From assembly GCA_964016885.1 (NCBI GenBank), contig OZ024742.1, positions 14,880,001 through 14,944,000 on the forward strand: a DNA stretch of 64,000 nucleotides, in the 5' to 3' direction. This document shows, in pieces, positions 1 to 14,752 of the stretch. The position numbers and the translations under genes were made by a program. Each line of letters opens with the position of its first letter. Position 1 is the first letter of the stretch. The DNA comes from Eledone cirrhosa (Eukaryota). A model generated the notes under the pieces. The model made no database searches. It was not told where the DNA came from and saw only the letters and a list, made by a program, of their open reading frames with translations.

Positions 1-74
1 CAGCGCCAACTGGACTCTGCTGTTTATTGATGGCATATAATTAACATCAATAGGAAACAGGTCAAAGTCTTTAG
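1..74 (-). CDS. DDX24: DDX24 exon 13, partial (KDFDLFPIDVNYMPSINSRVQLA...), continues beyond the window
   Basis: TACAG acceptor at 76-75; phase 1 matches exon 12; FP...R..LA pattern of the DDX24 C-terminal region. Confidence 0.85.
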
Positions 75-104
75 CTGTAAATTCAATGGAAACATTAATG
101 TATT

Positions 105-465
105 TGTGGATATATGTCTAATGAATTACATTCTATTTCAATTAATTAATGAAGAATTTTGAAGGATTTATTAAAATCATTAATTATTTTATTACTAGGA
201 CAGTAACTTAATGAAAGGTTCTATTATAAAATTATGTCAGAAGGTTTTAATTTAAATATGAATACTTTAACCTTTATCTGACTGTATTTCTAATGAATTA
301 CACTCTATTTTAATTAATCAATAAAGAATTTCAAGAGATTTACTAAAATCATTAATTATTTCATTACTAAGATATTAACTTTATGTAAGGTTCTTATTTA
401 AAATTATATTGAAAGATTTTAATTTAAATAGGAATACTCTATTTCAATTAATTAATGAAGAATAT
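105..465. repeat. ~172-bp AT-rich tandem duplication (2+ copies)
   Basis: CTAATGAATTAC at 118 and 290 with colinear downstream sequence; partial third copy near 435. Confidence 0.75.
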
Positions 466-783
466 ATATCTACCTGGATATTGAGTATAAAACCTATGTG
501 ATATCAGAATACATATGAGATATACCTCATATGATATCAGTCATACACCACATATATGATATCAGCTATACATATGCTGTTACAGAAGCCTGGTTTGAGG
601 CTGAATTCTTTTTTACAGGACTTAGAAAACCTGAAGGACCGCTGCAATAAGTGTGTGAATCTGAGAGGGGAATATGTTGAATAAAATCATAATTAACTGA
701 TCCTTCTGTATTTTCTTTTACCCAAAACCAGGAACATTTCAGCACACACCTCCTCATATATATATGATACGCCACATATAATA

Positions 784-1030
784 GAAGGCACATGGCTTAG
801 TGGTTAAGAGCATTGGGCTTGCAATCGAAAGGTTGTGAGTTCAATTCTCGGACCGGGTGATGTGTTGTTTCCTTGAGGAAGACACTTTATTTCATGTTGC
901 TCCAGTTTACTCAGCTGTAGAAATGAGATGATAGGACTGGGGTCCCTATCATTAGATTACCCAAAACACCCCCAACGAGATATACCTTGGAGGAGGCCAG
1001 CTAAACCTGCATAGGTGTGAGCTGTCACAC
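784..1030 (+). mobile_element. SINE family 1 variant with a different 3' part (also at 44892-45140)
   Basis: Same tRNA-like head and core; distinct tail ending GTGTGAGCTGTCACAC, shared with the 44892 copy. Confidence 0.8.
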
Positions 1031-1277
1031 ACACACATATAATATGATATCAGCTATACTTATGTGATACACCATATATAATGATATATCGGCCACATTT
1101 TAAGATACACATATATGATATCAGCAATACTTATGCTGATATCATATATGGTATCTTAAAATGATATCAGCAATACTTATACCACATATAATATGATATA
1201 CACCACATCTGATACAAGATATATCACTAACAAGATGATATCACACATGTAGAAATGTTAAAGTGATATATACTTAC

Positions 1278-1395
1278 TTCTGTTTAAACTATAAAGAATC
1301 TTTCTGTAAGCTTTCTGTTCCTCTGGGCAGATAAGCAACACTGTTAGACCTTCCAGTGAGGCCCGAGCTGTACGGCCACTGCGATGTATGTAGTT
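1278..1395 (-). CDS. DDX24: DDX24 exon 12 (YIHRSGRTARA, motif VI)
   Basis: HRSGRTAR motif; CAG acceptor, GTAAGT donor; 118 nt. Confidence 0.96.
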
Positions 1396-2105
1396 CTGAG
1401 AATAAAAATTCAAAATACAACAATCACCATCACCAACATCAACATCACCATCACTAACATCAACACCACCAGCACTAACATCAACACTATCACCACCAGC
1501 ACCAACATCACCACCATAATAGAACACATAACACATTAGAACTAAATGTTTATACAACTCCTCTGGTTTTGGTACCACAATAAAATACACCTAGTCTACT
1601 CTGTAAAGTTGTAGAGCTAATACCAAGACATACCACATAACAATGACAGTTTCTAAAAATTGAAAGACAGAAAGACAATGACCAATGACTATGAAGTTAA
1701 AACACCAGAGTAATGACCACATTGTTGTGTGTTCAAATCCCACTTGAGCAAAACACAGAACACAAGTTAATGTTAAAATTACAAGCTGATATAATAGTTC
1801 CTGATTTAGGCTCAAGGCCAACAATTTCGGGGGAGTGGTAAGTCAATTAAATCGACCCTAGTGCATTACTGGTACTTTATTTTATTGACCCCGTAAAAAT
1901 AGATGAAAGGCAAAGCTAACCTCAATAGGATATGAAGTGAGAATGTAAAGCGACGTCAAAAAACATGTTGTCCGACGCTCTACCGATTCCACTGCCAATC
2001 TACCGCCCCGGAAGCTGCTATATAATAAAACCTTCACAAAGATAAAAAAATACTTGACAACAAAGTTTATTATAAAGTCCATCAAATTGATCAAACAACA
2101 CTAAC

Positions 2106-2209
2106 CTCCGTTGTATGTGGAACTTGGAAATGAATAACATGGTCAACTTTGGGAATATCCAGTCCTCGAGCAGCAATGTCTGTGGCCAGAAGGAGGCTAT
2201 CTGGACTGG
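2106..2209 (-). CDS. DDX24: DDX24 exon 11 (LLATDIAARGLDIPKVDHVIHFQVP, motif V)
   Basis: TDxAARGLDIP motif; GCAG acceptor, GTTAGT donor; 104 nt. Confidence 0.96.
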
Positions 2210-2837
2210 CTGCAAATAATTGAAAACAAGAAATAATTACAGTTTATTATGCTTACATAATGGTTGTGAGTTCAATTCCAGCACTGGGTGATGTGTTATG
2301 CCCTTGAGCAAGACACTTTATTTCACATTGCTCTCTCTGCCAGTTGTGATAGGTAGATAGTATCAGCAATGGAATGACCAATGGAAACATTGTTTTCTTT
2401 GTCTAATTTGACAAGTTTCACTCCATTTGGTAAGTGGTTAAGGTCTGGGATCTTGTCTATTGTATTAACAGTTTGTTGAATAATCAGATTACATTAAAAG
2501 ATATATGTAAATATATATGTGTATGTGTTGGTGTGTGAGTGTGTATATAAGTTTGTGTGTGTGAGTGTATGTTTCATCACTATCATCATACACACCTGTG
2601 ATAATTAGCCTAAGAAGTTGTCTCTCTTATGTTTGAAATGAAATGAAATGTACAACTCACACCTACATAGGTTTAACTGACCATCCATGTTGTAATACAA
2701 TAGATGTCTCGAGTGCTTTAATGATAGGGCCCTAGTCTTATCATGCTGTTATATTTCTAGGATATTCAATTTTTAAAAAAAATCAAAATTCTAAAATACC
2801 AAAACAAATAAAAAAAAATGAAACAAGATCTACTTAC

Positions 2838-3015
2838 AAGAAAACCGTTCCAAGTTTTTTAGCCGCTGTTTCTGATGCATGTCAGAATGTAGAGGTAATG
2901 GCTGACACTGGAGCAAGGTGAATATAGAGACTAAACGACGGATACAATCTTTACTGTTACAAAATACTAACGTCCGGCCGGGATGTTGGTTAAGAAAATA
3001 ATATAAATATAAATC
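2838..3015 (-). CDS. DDX24: DDX24 exon 10 ([19 protein letters not shown]...[17 protein letters not shown])
   Basis: Motif IV and QxxR; near-identical to the DDX24 pattern; CAG acceptor, GTAAGT donor. Confidence 0.96.
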
Positions 3016-3365
3016 CTGGAATAAATATAATACAGAAAAAAATATTAACACAAACAACAGAAATAATTGCTGTCTAATAATAATAATAATAATGAAAATT
3101 ATTGTGCACAGTGCTCAGGTGCACTACTACTCATCAAAGGTGCATGTATAGTACATAGAATAATGTACAAATGTCAGTGAACAGTGTAGGAGTCATGATA
3201 TATACATGGATGCATATGTATGGAGGGAAAATATCAGGTGTAGTGTTGGAGAATTTTTGGAAGCATGGAAGTTTTGAACAATGCACTTTAAAATAAACAA
3301 CTTAGTATCATAGAACCAAGGACAATTTCAGACATTTTCCTATGATAAAAGTTAAATAAACAAAC

Positions 3366-3484
3366 CTTCTTTTCCCGTTCACAGAGAAGTTTCGCTTCTG
3401 ACAGATTCTCTGCAGTTCTTGTTTTACCAGTTAAATCTATCATCTTGGCTCCTTTCTTCATCCCCATCTTGTGCATCAACATAC
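3366..3484 (-). CDS. DDX24: DDX24 exon 9 (MIDLTGKTRTAENLSEAKLLCEREKK)
   Basis: CAG acceptor, GTTTG donor; 119 nt, phase 1 to 0; IDLT...T...L.E...C pattern of the DDX24 linker. Confidence 0.9.
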
Positions 3485-3720
3485 CTGTATAACATACAAT
3501 ATAACTATATACAACATACCTCAATATGGTAAAAAGTTCCCAGTTCCACACTGTAAATGTGGTTGGTGTTAGGAAGGGCATCCAGCCGTAGAAAACCTGC
3601 CAGATAGTCCTATATGAGCGAGACACGGTCACCCGACCAGCCTTGCCTCAAGTGGGACAACTCCCGTCTAACCCATGCTAGCGTGGAAAATGGACATTAA
3701 ACGAAGATGATGATGATGAT

Positions 3721-4357
3721 AACATATGATATACATCAACATACAATATATATCAACATATGATATACATCAACATACAATATATAACAACATACAATAT
3801 ATACATCAACATATATATAACATACAACAATATATATCAACATACCTATATATAACATACGATATACATCAACATACAATATATAACAACATACAATATA
3901 TACATCAACATATATATAACATACAACAATATATATCAACATACCTATATATAACATACCTATATATAACATATGATATACATCAACATACAATATATAA
4001 CAACATACAATATATACATCAACATATATATAACATACAACAATATATATCAACATACCTATATATAACATACCTATATATAACATACGATATACATCAA
4101 CATACAATATATATCAACATACAATATATACATCAACATATATATAACATACAACAATATATATCAACATACCTATATATAACATACCTATATATAACAT
4201 ACGATATACATCAACATGTCTATATATAACAACATACAATATATACATCAACATATATATAACATACAACAATATATATCAACATACCTATATATAACAT
4301 ACGATATACATCAACATACAATATATACATCAACATACAATATATACATCAACATAT
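3721..4357. repeat. AT-rich tandem repeat built from ATATA/CAACAT subunits with ~100-120-bp higher-order units
   Basis: Periodicity visible directly. Confidence 0.9.
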
Positions 4358-4611
4358 CAGTGGCGAAGAGTAACCTGGAAAGCAGGGCATGCAGTCCAAT
4401 CACCATGGCGGAAAGTGGGGCTGTGCAGCCTGACCCCCCACCCCCGGTCAAAGCCGCATGTAGTGTTATCTAGTGTGTGTTATCTTTTTATGTATCGTCT
4501 ACGATTTAGTAAGCAGTCAAAATTCTGCTTGCTTCAACCGACGCAATTGATCAACTCAAGATTCTATAACACATGCACGCACCCTTCACCCCTGCAACAT
4601 ATATATATAAC

Positions 4612-5595
4612 TACATGCAGCAGCTGTGCTGGGACAGCAAGCAGCAAACAGCCACAGGAAACAAGTACCACCAATCTCTGGGAGGGCCCTGTAGAAACAG
4701 TAGACAGCTTCTGCTACCTAGGTGACTGAATTAGCAGCGGAGGTGGGTGTTCAGAAAGTACAATAACTAGGGTAAGAACGGGATGGAAGAAGTTCAGGGA
4801 ACTACTGCCACTGCTAGCTGCAAAAGGCTTCTCCCTCAGAATGAAAGGCAGACTGTATGATGCGTGTATCCGAACAGCGATGTTGCATGGTAGTGAGACC
4901 TGGGCGCTGAAGGTGGAAGACTTACGTAGATTAGAGAGAAACGAAGCCTGCATGCTCCGATGGATGTGTAACAGTAATATACGCGAACGGCAAAGCATAA
5001 ATGAATTGAGAGAGAGACTGAGCATAAGAGGAATCAAATGCTGTGTGCAGGAGAGGCGGTTGCGCTGGTATGGACATGTGATGCGTATGAAGGATGACAG
5101 CTGCATAAAAAAGTGCAGAGCACTAGAAGTCGATGGAAACCGCGGAGTGGGGAGACCCAAGAAGACCTGGGATGAGGTGATAAAAGCCGACCTTACCCAA
5201 TTACACCTCTCAAAGGCAATGACACACGACCGTGACCTCTGGCGTCACGCAGTAATACAGAGTACCCGACCTCCCATGGGTACAAGCTGAAGCATATAGA
5301 CAATATACCCCCACACACCCCACTGCAAGGTGGTCATGGAGGTGCCACAGCAAAAAAGCACCCAGCCCACACTGTAAAGTGGACGTCTAGGCACCACAAA
5401 AAAGCACCCAGCACTCACTGTAAATGAGGTTGGTGTTAGGAAGGGCATCCAGCTGTAGAAATCAAGCCAAATCAGTTCCTGTATGAGCAAGGCATGGTCA
5501 GCCGACCAGACACTGCCCACAACAGGACAACCCGTCTAACCCATGCTAGCGTGGAAGAACAGACGTAAAACGGTGATGATGATGATGATGATGAC
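4612..5595 (+). mobile_element. RTE LINE 3' fragment (third subfamily) with 3' UTR
   Basis: ETVDSFCYLGD, KGRLYDACIRTAMLHGSETW, RLRWYGHV, GRPKKTW; (ATG)n tail. Confidence 0.9.
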
Positions 5596-5883
5596 AACAA
5601 TATACAACAACATATCCATATAGATGTGAAGTGTTAGTTCTATCGATGGTGTTCGTGGCCGAGTGGTGTAAACTACAGGAATGAGAAACAAGATTACCTG
5701 CTGGAGGAGAAAAAACAGGAGAAGGACACCTAGGTATCATGACTTAGGAGGGCCCAGCCTCCATCAGTTAGTTAGAATCAAGAGCTGAAACACTCACTTG
5801 ATGGGAGTTCTTCCTCTGAAGATCCTCCTGCTGTTTGCTCGACCCATCACAAATTTCTGCCTATCCCAACACAAAAACATCTT

Positions 5884-6375
5884 ATCATCATCATCATCAT
5901 CATCAACGTTTAACGTCCGTGTTCCACGCTTGCATGGGTTTGGACGGGGGTAGTCCCACTTGAGGCAAGAGTGATTGTCTTGCTCGCATAGGACTGTCTG
6001 GCAGGTTTTCTACAGTTGGATGCCCTTCCTAACACCAACCACATTTACAGTGTGGGTCTGGGAGGTTTTTACCGTGTTGCCTACACGGCCACATTACAGC
6101 GTGGACTGTGTGTTTTTTTGTCGTGACACCTACACGATCTCATTTGTTTCGGCCTCGATGGCGCGGCACCAACATAACTTTACATAGAACGGGGTGGTGT
6201 GGATCGGGTGGGGGTGGTGGTGGTGGGACGGGGTGTATTTTGTTAGAGATGCCTACTGGCTGGAGTAGGTTTTACTATATATTTAGGTAAGGCGGGTCTT
6301 CTCTGTTACTGAGTACCGCCAAAGGTCTCGGTCCAGTGACATTGTCTTGGAGAGGTGTAAGTGTGTGATGTCGGA
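5884..6375 (-). mobile_element. RTE subfamily B-like 3' end fragment
   Basis: Reverse complement of the 3' UTR and ORF end seen at 37900-38385. Confidence 0.85.
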
Positions 6376-7743
6376 GTTTATATACATATCTATATACAAT
6401 ACACAAAGATAACCAAAATAATCCCAATTGAAAAAACCCCACTTTTAATGTTGAGCATCTCAAGTTAGTAAACAGCATAAAACAAAAGAACTATTTGAAT
6501 CTGAGGAAACTGTTGACCCTGGCTTTGAGAAAAAACAGGTGGAGAAAGAAAATTTCATAAAAACTCTTTAACCATTTACATTACTCTCTATATACTATTG
6601 TATTTTCACAGTAAAGGATTTACCTCACATAATTATATCACATAATGGTGAATCTATCAGATTTTAATATTATTTATTTTGAGAACAATACCTTAAAATC
6701 AGTATGAATGGCTGGTTACAGCTGGTTCGAAAAGAAAGAGGTGAGAGAATTCTGGCCGGATATGGCCGGTTTGAATGCTAAAGGGTTAACTAACTGTTAA
6801 TTTAGTAAATTCTGATATCAAGGCTGCTCTAAAGACTCCAATAGGTAGAAATGTAATTGTTTCTACTTTTGGCACAAGGCCAGAAATTACCCAGTACATT
6901 ACTGGTACTTTATTTTATCGACCCCGTATGGATGAAAGGCAAAGTTAACCTCGGCGGGATTTGAACTCAGACCATAAAGGGACGTAACTATGCTGGAGAG
7001 CATATCCGACCCTCTACCGATACTGCCAATTCACCGCCCTAATGTAATTAATATTAGCAAATAGTTAGATTTTTATTTGCGTTTTTAATATTGAAATTAA
7101 TAATATTTTAGTATAAAGTGATTGAATTGGGTTAATAAATTGAACTGAGAAAGGTAACAGATGGAACAAATACTGAAACATCTCCCATTTAATACTGTAA
7201 AGGTTTCATCAGTCCACTGCCCTTAATTGGTAACTTTATCAACATCAGATGGGTCTAAGGCAACTTTGGAAGGGTGTCATCCCAGAATACAAGAAACTGG
7301 AATAAATACAAGGCATTTTGGCTGATACTCTACCAGTTGTGTTAATTTGCTGCTTATGTTGGTGTTTTATAGAATGCCAAGTAGTACAGTGGTCCACCAT
7401 TGCAACCATAGTCTAACATTCCTGACAAAGTCTCTCCATAATTCACTATTTTCCATCACTCTAGGCAACTGCTCCTTACTCAGGTTTGTATCATGAGAGT
7501 TGATCAATGAAGGTTCAAGCTGGTCTTCCTCTACTGTATCTCCCGTGAGTTGGTTCCCAAAATAGTAACTTGTGTATAATATCCTCTACTGTGTCTCCCA
7601 TGAGTTGGTTCCCTCAATAATAACTTGTGTATAACCCGCTGCTTACTTCTCCAGCAATGTCCATAAGGCTTACGAACCACTTAAAATATTCACCACTTGT
7701 ATTAATTAGTTATACAAAAATAAGAAATGTTTGTAAAACTTAC

Positions 7744-7877
7744 GTATTTTTCCTTCAGAAGTCAACAGGTTAGCTTCAAACTTCTTCTTTAATTTCCGTT
7801 GAGGACCCATGTGAGCCAATGTCAGAGTGGCAGAGAACAGAAATGTCTGCCGTCTCTTTTGAGATAATTTGCTGATA
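7744..7877 (-). CDS. DDX24: DDX24 exon 8 (RQTFLFSATLT, motif III)
   Basis: SAT motif; CCAG acceptor, GTAAGT donor; 134 nt, phase 2 to 1. Confidence 0.95.
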
Positions 7878-8568
7878 CTGGAAAGAAGAAATATCATGGA
7901 ATCAAAATGGCATCAGCAACAATTCTAAATGAATGCTATACACATATTCCTAATATATATACACACACACATATATATATATATAAGTACCCAGTCCACC
8001 CTATGAAGTGGTCATGTTGGGGACATGACAGGAGGCACCCAGCCCACCCTGTTAAGTAATCTAAACAGAAGGTGCCTGATCTGCACTGTGGAGTGGTTGG
8101 GTGGTGACATGCCAAAAGCACCCAGCCCACCCTGTAGGATGGTCATGACAACAACACGACTCAACAATAAATGCCCACTTTCTAAAGTGGTCATGGTGGC
8201 AACATGACAAAAGCACCCAGCTCAACCTGTAACACGGTCATGTTGGAGACACGACAAAAAGCGTCCAGTCCACCATGTAAAGTGACAGTAAGGTGACGTG
8301 ACAAAAGTGCCCAGTCAATACTGTAAAGTGGTCGTGTTGGTGTCACAACAAATATAGCCACTCCACACTATGTTTTGGAGTTAGGAAGGACATTCAACCA
8401 TAGAAACTAAGCCAGAAACAGTTCTGTATGAGCAAGACATGGTCATCTGACCTGCGATCTCTCACAATGGGACAACTCGTCTAACCCATGTTAGCATGGA
8501 AAAATGGACATTAAACAATGATGATGATTCAAAAAGTTTAAAAAAAGCAAGAAAACAATTCTACTCAC

Positions 8569-8687
8569 CAACGCAATATACTGAGCAGTTTTTGAAGTTC
8601 CTCAAAATGACCTTTCTCTACCATACGGTCAGCTTCGTCAATGACCAGATATTGGACACTTTTCACCGTCAAAATGTAGGGATTTCT
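8569..8687 (-). CDS. DDX24: DDX24 exon 7 (YLVIDEADRMVEKGHFEEL, DEAD motif II)
   Basis: DEADRMVEKGHFxEL matches DDX24/Mak5; CAG acceptor, GTGAGT donor; 119 nt. Confidence 0.96.
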
Positions 8688-8909
8688 CTGACAAAACAAA
8701 TATACAGCAGTTATAGGAAGGTTATGACAATGCAAAGTGGACGATATGTTCTGGAATAAATTGAATTCTGACTAGATTATAATAAAAAGGACTAACATGC
8801 TATATTTAGTAATATGGAAAATAGAAAAAACTTAATACATTTCAATGGTATTGCCAGGAAAGGTTGATGGAATAATATAACATCTTGAAGAAATAGTAAT
8901 ATGACGTAC

Positions 8910-9020
8910 CTTTTGATAGAGCTCCCAAAATCGTCCAGGTGTAGCCACAATAACCTGTGGTCGTCTCTTCAAGATGCGTTCCTGCCTCTGTTCTGACATC
9001 CCACCAATAATACAAACCAC
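8910..9020 (-). CDS. DDX24: DDX24 exon 6 ([14 protein letters not shown]...[10 protein letters not shown])
   Basis: GG doublet and TPGR motif; canonical AG/GT; 111 nt. Confidence 0.95.
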
Positions 9021-9264
9021 CTAGAAAACAATGAGAAGATAGTAAAAGACTCTACAGAGGGAAAGACAACAGGAGGTCTTCAGAAAATAGTAATACACAG
9101 TAGACTGAAAACAGAGAGAAATAGAATTCAGGAGCAAAGTGTCCTGCTTGCTTTTACCCATGGGAAAGTATGTTGTCTGACACTCTACCGATTCTGCCAA
9201 TCTACCACTAATAACAACAATAATGACAATAATTTCTCTTTTAAAAGACAATGGAATAACTGAC

Positions 9265-9666
9265 CTTTATTTTGGTATATTTAGCTATAGCTAGTAAATG
9301 GTTTTTCACTTGCATGGCCAGCTCCCGAGTTGGAGTAAGAATCAATGCTTTTAAACCATCATCATCATCATCTGACGTCTGAGAAGCAGCATACTTTTTA
9401 AATATTTCATCCTCTTCAATTTCATCTTCTAATAGTTCCTTACTTGCAGCCATAGCACTGACTTCAACCTCTTGTGTCTCGCTCTCTTCTTCATTAGTAA
9501 ATATCTCTCTGTCACACTCTTCTTCCTCTCCAGGAACTGGTGCCAAATTTTCTTCACCATTTTCCTCTGCCTCACTTTCAAGTTGTCTTCCTTCAGGTTT
9601 AGTCTGCTCATCTTCCAAGATATTGTATAAAATTGGGATACCAAACGCTAAAGTTTTACCACTTCC
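9265..9666 (-). CDS. DDX24: DDX24 exon 5: GSGKTLAFGIP, acidic insert, LILTPTRELAMQV (motifs I and Ia)
   Basis: Second half of Walker A plus PTRELA, separated by a long acidic insertion typical of DDX24; TAG acceptor, GTCAG donor; 402 nt. Confidence 0.95.
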
Positions 9667-12296
9667 CTACAACAAACACAAAAAAATGTTATTCAAAAGC
9701 TTTTTTTTACATTTATTTTCTATCATATACGAAGGTTGGCTGAATAGTTCATAGGCTGACACAAAGCCAAATATATTGACCCCAGTACTTGACTGGTACT
9801 TAATTTTATCAATTCAGAGACACTATAAATAATATATATTAGACATACAGGTGACATTATAATATATATTAGATATAAAGGTGACATAATAATATATATT
9901 AGACATACAGGTGACATAATAATATATATTAGACATACAGGTGACACTATAATATATATTAGATATACAGGTGACACTATAATATATATTAGACATACAG
10001 GTGACACTATAATATATATTAGACATACAGGTGACACTATAATATATATTAGACATACAGGTGACATAATAATATATATTAGACATACAGGTGACACTAT
10101 AATATATATTAGACATACAGGTGACACTATAATATATATTAGATATACAGGTGACATAATAATATATATTAGACATACAGGTGACACTATAATATATATT
10201 AGATATACAGGTGACATAATAATATATATTAGACATACAGGTGACACTATAATATATATTAGATATACAGGTGACATAATAATATGTATTAGATATACAG
10301 GTAACACTATAATATATATTAGATATACAGGTGACATAATAATATATATTAGATATACAGGTGACATAATAATATATATTAGATATACAGGTGACACTAT
10401 AATATATATTAGACATAAAGGTGACATAATAATATATATTAGACATAAAGGTGACACTATAGTATATATTAGATATACAGGTAACATAATAATATATATT
10501 AGACATACAGGTGACATAATAATATATATTAGACATACAGGTGACACTATAGATAATATATATTAGACATACAGGTGACACTATAATATATATTAGATAT
10601 ACAGGTGACACTATAATATATATTAGACATACAGGTGACACTATAATATATATTAGATATACAGGTGACACTATAATATATATTAGACATACAGGTGACA
10701 CTATAATATATATTAGACATACAGGTGACACTATAATATATATTAGATATACAGGTGACACTATAATATATATTAGACATACAGGTAACACTATAATATA
10801 TATTAGATATACAGGTGACACTATAGATAATATATATTAGACATACAGGTGACACTATAATATATATTAGACATATAGATGACACTATAATATATATTAG
10901 ATATACAGGTGACACAATAATATATATTAGATATACAGGTGACACTATAATATATATTAGACATACAGGTGACACTATAATATATATTAGACATACAGGT
11001 GACATAATAATATATATTAGACATACAGGTGACACTATAATATATATTAGACATACAGGTAACACTATATATATATATTAGATATACAGGTGACACTATA
11101 GATAATATATATTAGATATACAGGTGACACTATAGATAATATATATTAGACATACAGGTGACACTATAGATAATATATATTAAACATACAGGTGACATAA
11201 TAATATATATTAGACATACAGGTGACACTATAATATATATTAGATATACAGGTGACACTATAATATATATTAGATGTACAGGTGACACTATAATATATAT
11301 TAGATATACAGGTGACACAATAATATATATTAGATATACAGGTGACACTATAATATATATTAGATATACAGGTGACACTATAATATATATTAGACATACA
11401 GGTGTCACTATAGATAATATTAGACATACAGGTGACACTATAATGTATATTACACATACAGGTGACACTATAATATATATTAGATATACAGGTGACACTA
11501 TAATATATATTAGATATACAGGTGACACTATAATATATATTAGATATACAGGTGACACAATAATATATATTAGATATACAGGTGACACAATAATATATAT
11601 TAGATATACAGGTGACACTATAATATATATTAGATATACAGGTGACACAATAAAATATATTAGATATACAGGTGACACTATAATATATATTAGATATACA
11701 GGTGACACAATATATATTAGATATACAGGTGACACTATAATATATATTAGATATACAGGTGACACTATAATATATATTAGATATACAGGTGACACAATAT
11801 ATATTAGACATACAGGTGACACAATAATATATATTAGATATACAGGTGACACTATGATATATATTAGATATACTGGTGACACGATAATATATATTAGATA
11901 TACAGGTGACACAATACTATATATTAGATATACAGGTGACACAATAATATATATTAGATATACAGGTGACACTATCGATAATATATATTAGATATACAGG
12001 TGACACTATAATATATATTAGATATACAGGTGACACAATAATATAGGTGACACAATATATAGTAGATATACAGGTGACACTATAATATATATTAGATATA
12101 CAGGTGACACAATAATATATATTAGATATACTGGTGACACTATAATATATATTAGACCTACTGGTGACACTATAATATATATTAGATATACAGGTGACAC
12201 TATAATATATATTAGACATACAGGTGACATAATAATATATATTAGACATACAGGTGACACTATAATATATATTAGATATACAGGTGACACTATATT

Positions 12297-12610
12297 CATT
12301 TCATTCATCATTTTACGTCCGCTTTTTCCCTGCTTGCAAGGGTGGGACGGGAACTGATTCTGGCTTGATTTCTACAGCTGGATGCCCTTCCTAACACCAA
12401 CCTCATTTACAGTGAGTGCTGGGTGTTTTTTTGCAGTGGAATGATAGTGACCCCAGTCCCTATCATCTCATTTCTACAGCTGAGTAAACTGGAGCAATGT
12501 GAAATAAAGTGTCTTGCTCAAGGAAACAACACATCACCCGGTCTGAGAATTGAACTCACACCCTTTCGATTGCAAGGCTAATGCTCAAACCACGAAGCCA
12601 TGTGCCTCCA
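12297..12610 (-). mobile_element. tRNA-derived SINE family 1 (A/B-box head, CORE-like block, RTE-A tail)
   Basis: TGGCTTcGTGGTT A box, GAGTTCAATTC B box, CCTTGAGCAAGACACTT block, GGAAGGGCATCCAGC block, tail matching the RTE-A 3' end. Confidence 0.85.
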
Positions 12611-13565
12611 TATAGATAATATATATTAGATATACAGGTGACACTATAGATAATACATATTAGACATACAGGTGACATAATAATATATATTAGATATACA
12701 GGTGACACTATAATATTATAGTGTCACCTGTATATCTAATATATATTGAGTCACCTGTATATCTACAGGTGACACAATAGATAATATATATTAGATATAC
12801 AGGTGACACTATAATATATATTAGATATACAGGTGACACTATAATATATATTAGACATACAGGTGACACTATAGATAATATATATTAGACATACAGGTGA
12901 CACTATAATGTATATTACACATACAGGTGACACTATAATGTATATTACACATACAGGTGACACTATAATATATATTAGATATACAGGTGACACTATAATA
13001 TATATTAGATATACAGGTGACACTATAATATATATTAGATATACAGGTGACACAATAATATATATTAGATATACAGGTGACACAATAATATATATTAGAT
13101 ATACAGGTGACACTATAATATATATTAGATATACAGGTGACACAATATATATTAGATATACAGGTGACACTATAATATATATTAGATATACAGGTGACAC
13201 TATAATATATATTAGATATACAGGTGACACAATATATATAAGATATACAGGTGACACAATAATATATATTAGATATACTGGTGACACGATAATATATATT
13301 AGATAGACAGGTGACACAATACTATATATTAGATATACAGGTGACACAATAATATATATTAGATATACAGGTGACACTATCGATAATATATATTAGATAT
13401 ACAGGTGACACTATAATATATATTAGACCTACTGGTGACACTATAATATATATTAGATATACAGGTGACACTATAATATATATTAGACATACAGGTGACA
13501 TAATAATATATATTAGACATACAGGTGACACTATAATATATATTAGATATACAGGTGACACTATA

Positions 13566-13906
13566 TTCATTTCATTCATCATTTTACATCCGCTTTTTCC
13601 CTGCTTGCAAGGGTGGGACGGGAACTGATTCTGGCTTGATTTCTACAGCTGGATGCCCTTCCTAACACCAACCTCATTTACAGTGAGTGCTGGGTGTTTT
13701 TTTGCCATGGCACCTCAACGTCCACTTTGCAGTGGAATGATAGTGACCCCAGTCCCTATCATCTCGTTTCTACAGCTGAGTAAACTGGAGCAATGTGAAA
13801 TAAAGTGTCTTGCTCAAGGAAACAACACATCACCCGGTCTGAGAATTGAACTCACAACCTTTCCATTGCAAGGCTAATGCTCAAACCACGAAGCCATGTG
13901 CCTCCA
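13566..13906 (-). mobile_element. SINE family 1 copy
   Basis: Near-identical to 12297-12610. Confidence 0.85.
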
Positions 13907-14413
13907 TATAGATAATATATATTAGATATACAGGTGACACTATAGATAAAACATATTAGACATACAGGTGACATAATAATATATATTAGATATACAGGTG
14001 ACACTATAGATAATATATATTAGACATACAGGTGACATAATAATATATATTAGATATACAGGTGACACAATAATATAGGTGACATAATATATAGTAGATA
14101 TACAGGTGACATAATAATATATATTAGATATACAGGTGACACTATAGATAATATATATTAGACATACAGGTGACACTATAATATATATTAGATATACAGG
14201 TGACACTATAATATATATTAGATATACAGGTGACATAATAATTTGTTCTACTTTTGGCACAAGGCCAGCAATTACACAGTACATTACTGGTACTTATAAA
14301 ATGCAAAGTTAACCTTGGCGGGATTTTAACTCAGACCGTAAAGGGACGTAACTATGCTAGAAAGCATGGCGTCCAACCCTCTACTGATACTGCCAATAGG
14401 TGACATAATAATA

Positions 14414-14752
14414 TCATCATCATTTCATTTTACGTCCGCTTTTCCCCTGCTTGCAAGGGTGGGACGGGAACTGATTCTGGCTTGATTTCTACAGCTGGAT
14501 ACCCTTCCTAACACCAACCTCATTTACAGTGAGTGCTGGGTGCTTTTTTGCCGTGGCACATACACGACCACTTTGCAATGGAATGATAGGGACCCCAGTC
14601 CCTATCATCTCATTTCTACAGCTGAGTAGACTGGAGCAATGTGAAATAAAGTGTCTTGCTCAGGGAAACAACCCATCACTCGGTCTGAGAATTGAACTCA
14701 CAACCTTTCGAATGCAAGGCCAATGCTCTAATCACTAAGCCATGTGGCTCCA
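14414..14752 (-). mobile_element. SINE family 1 copy
   Basis: Same structure as 12297-12610. Confidence 0.85.

Noticed and set aside
784-856. tRNA-like sequence (A/B boxes, GCA anticodon-like loop)
   Set aside because: Head of a multi-copy SINE; acceptor stem not intact
10539-10553. AGGTGACACTATAGA matches the SP6 phage promoter core (vector contamination?)
   Set aside because: Arises from the 34-nt variant of the minisatellite unit; lacks the upstream ATTT and any vector sequence, so it is treated as coincidence
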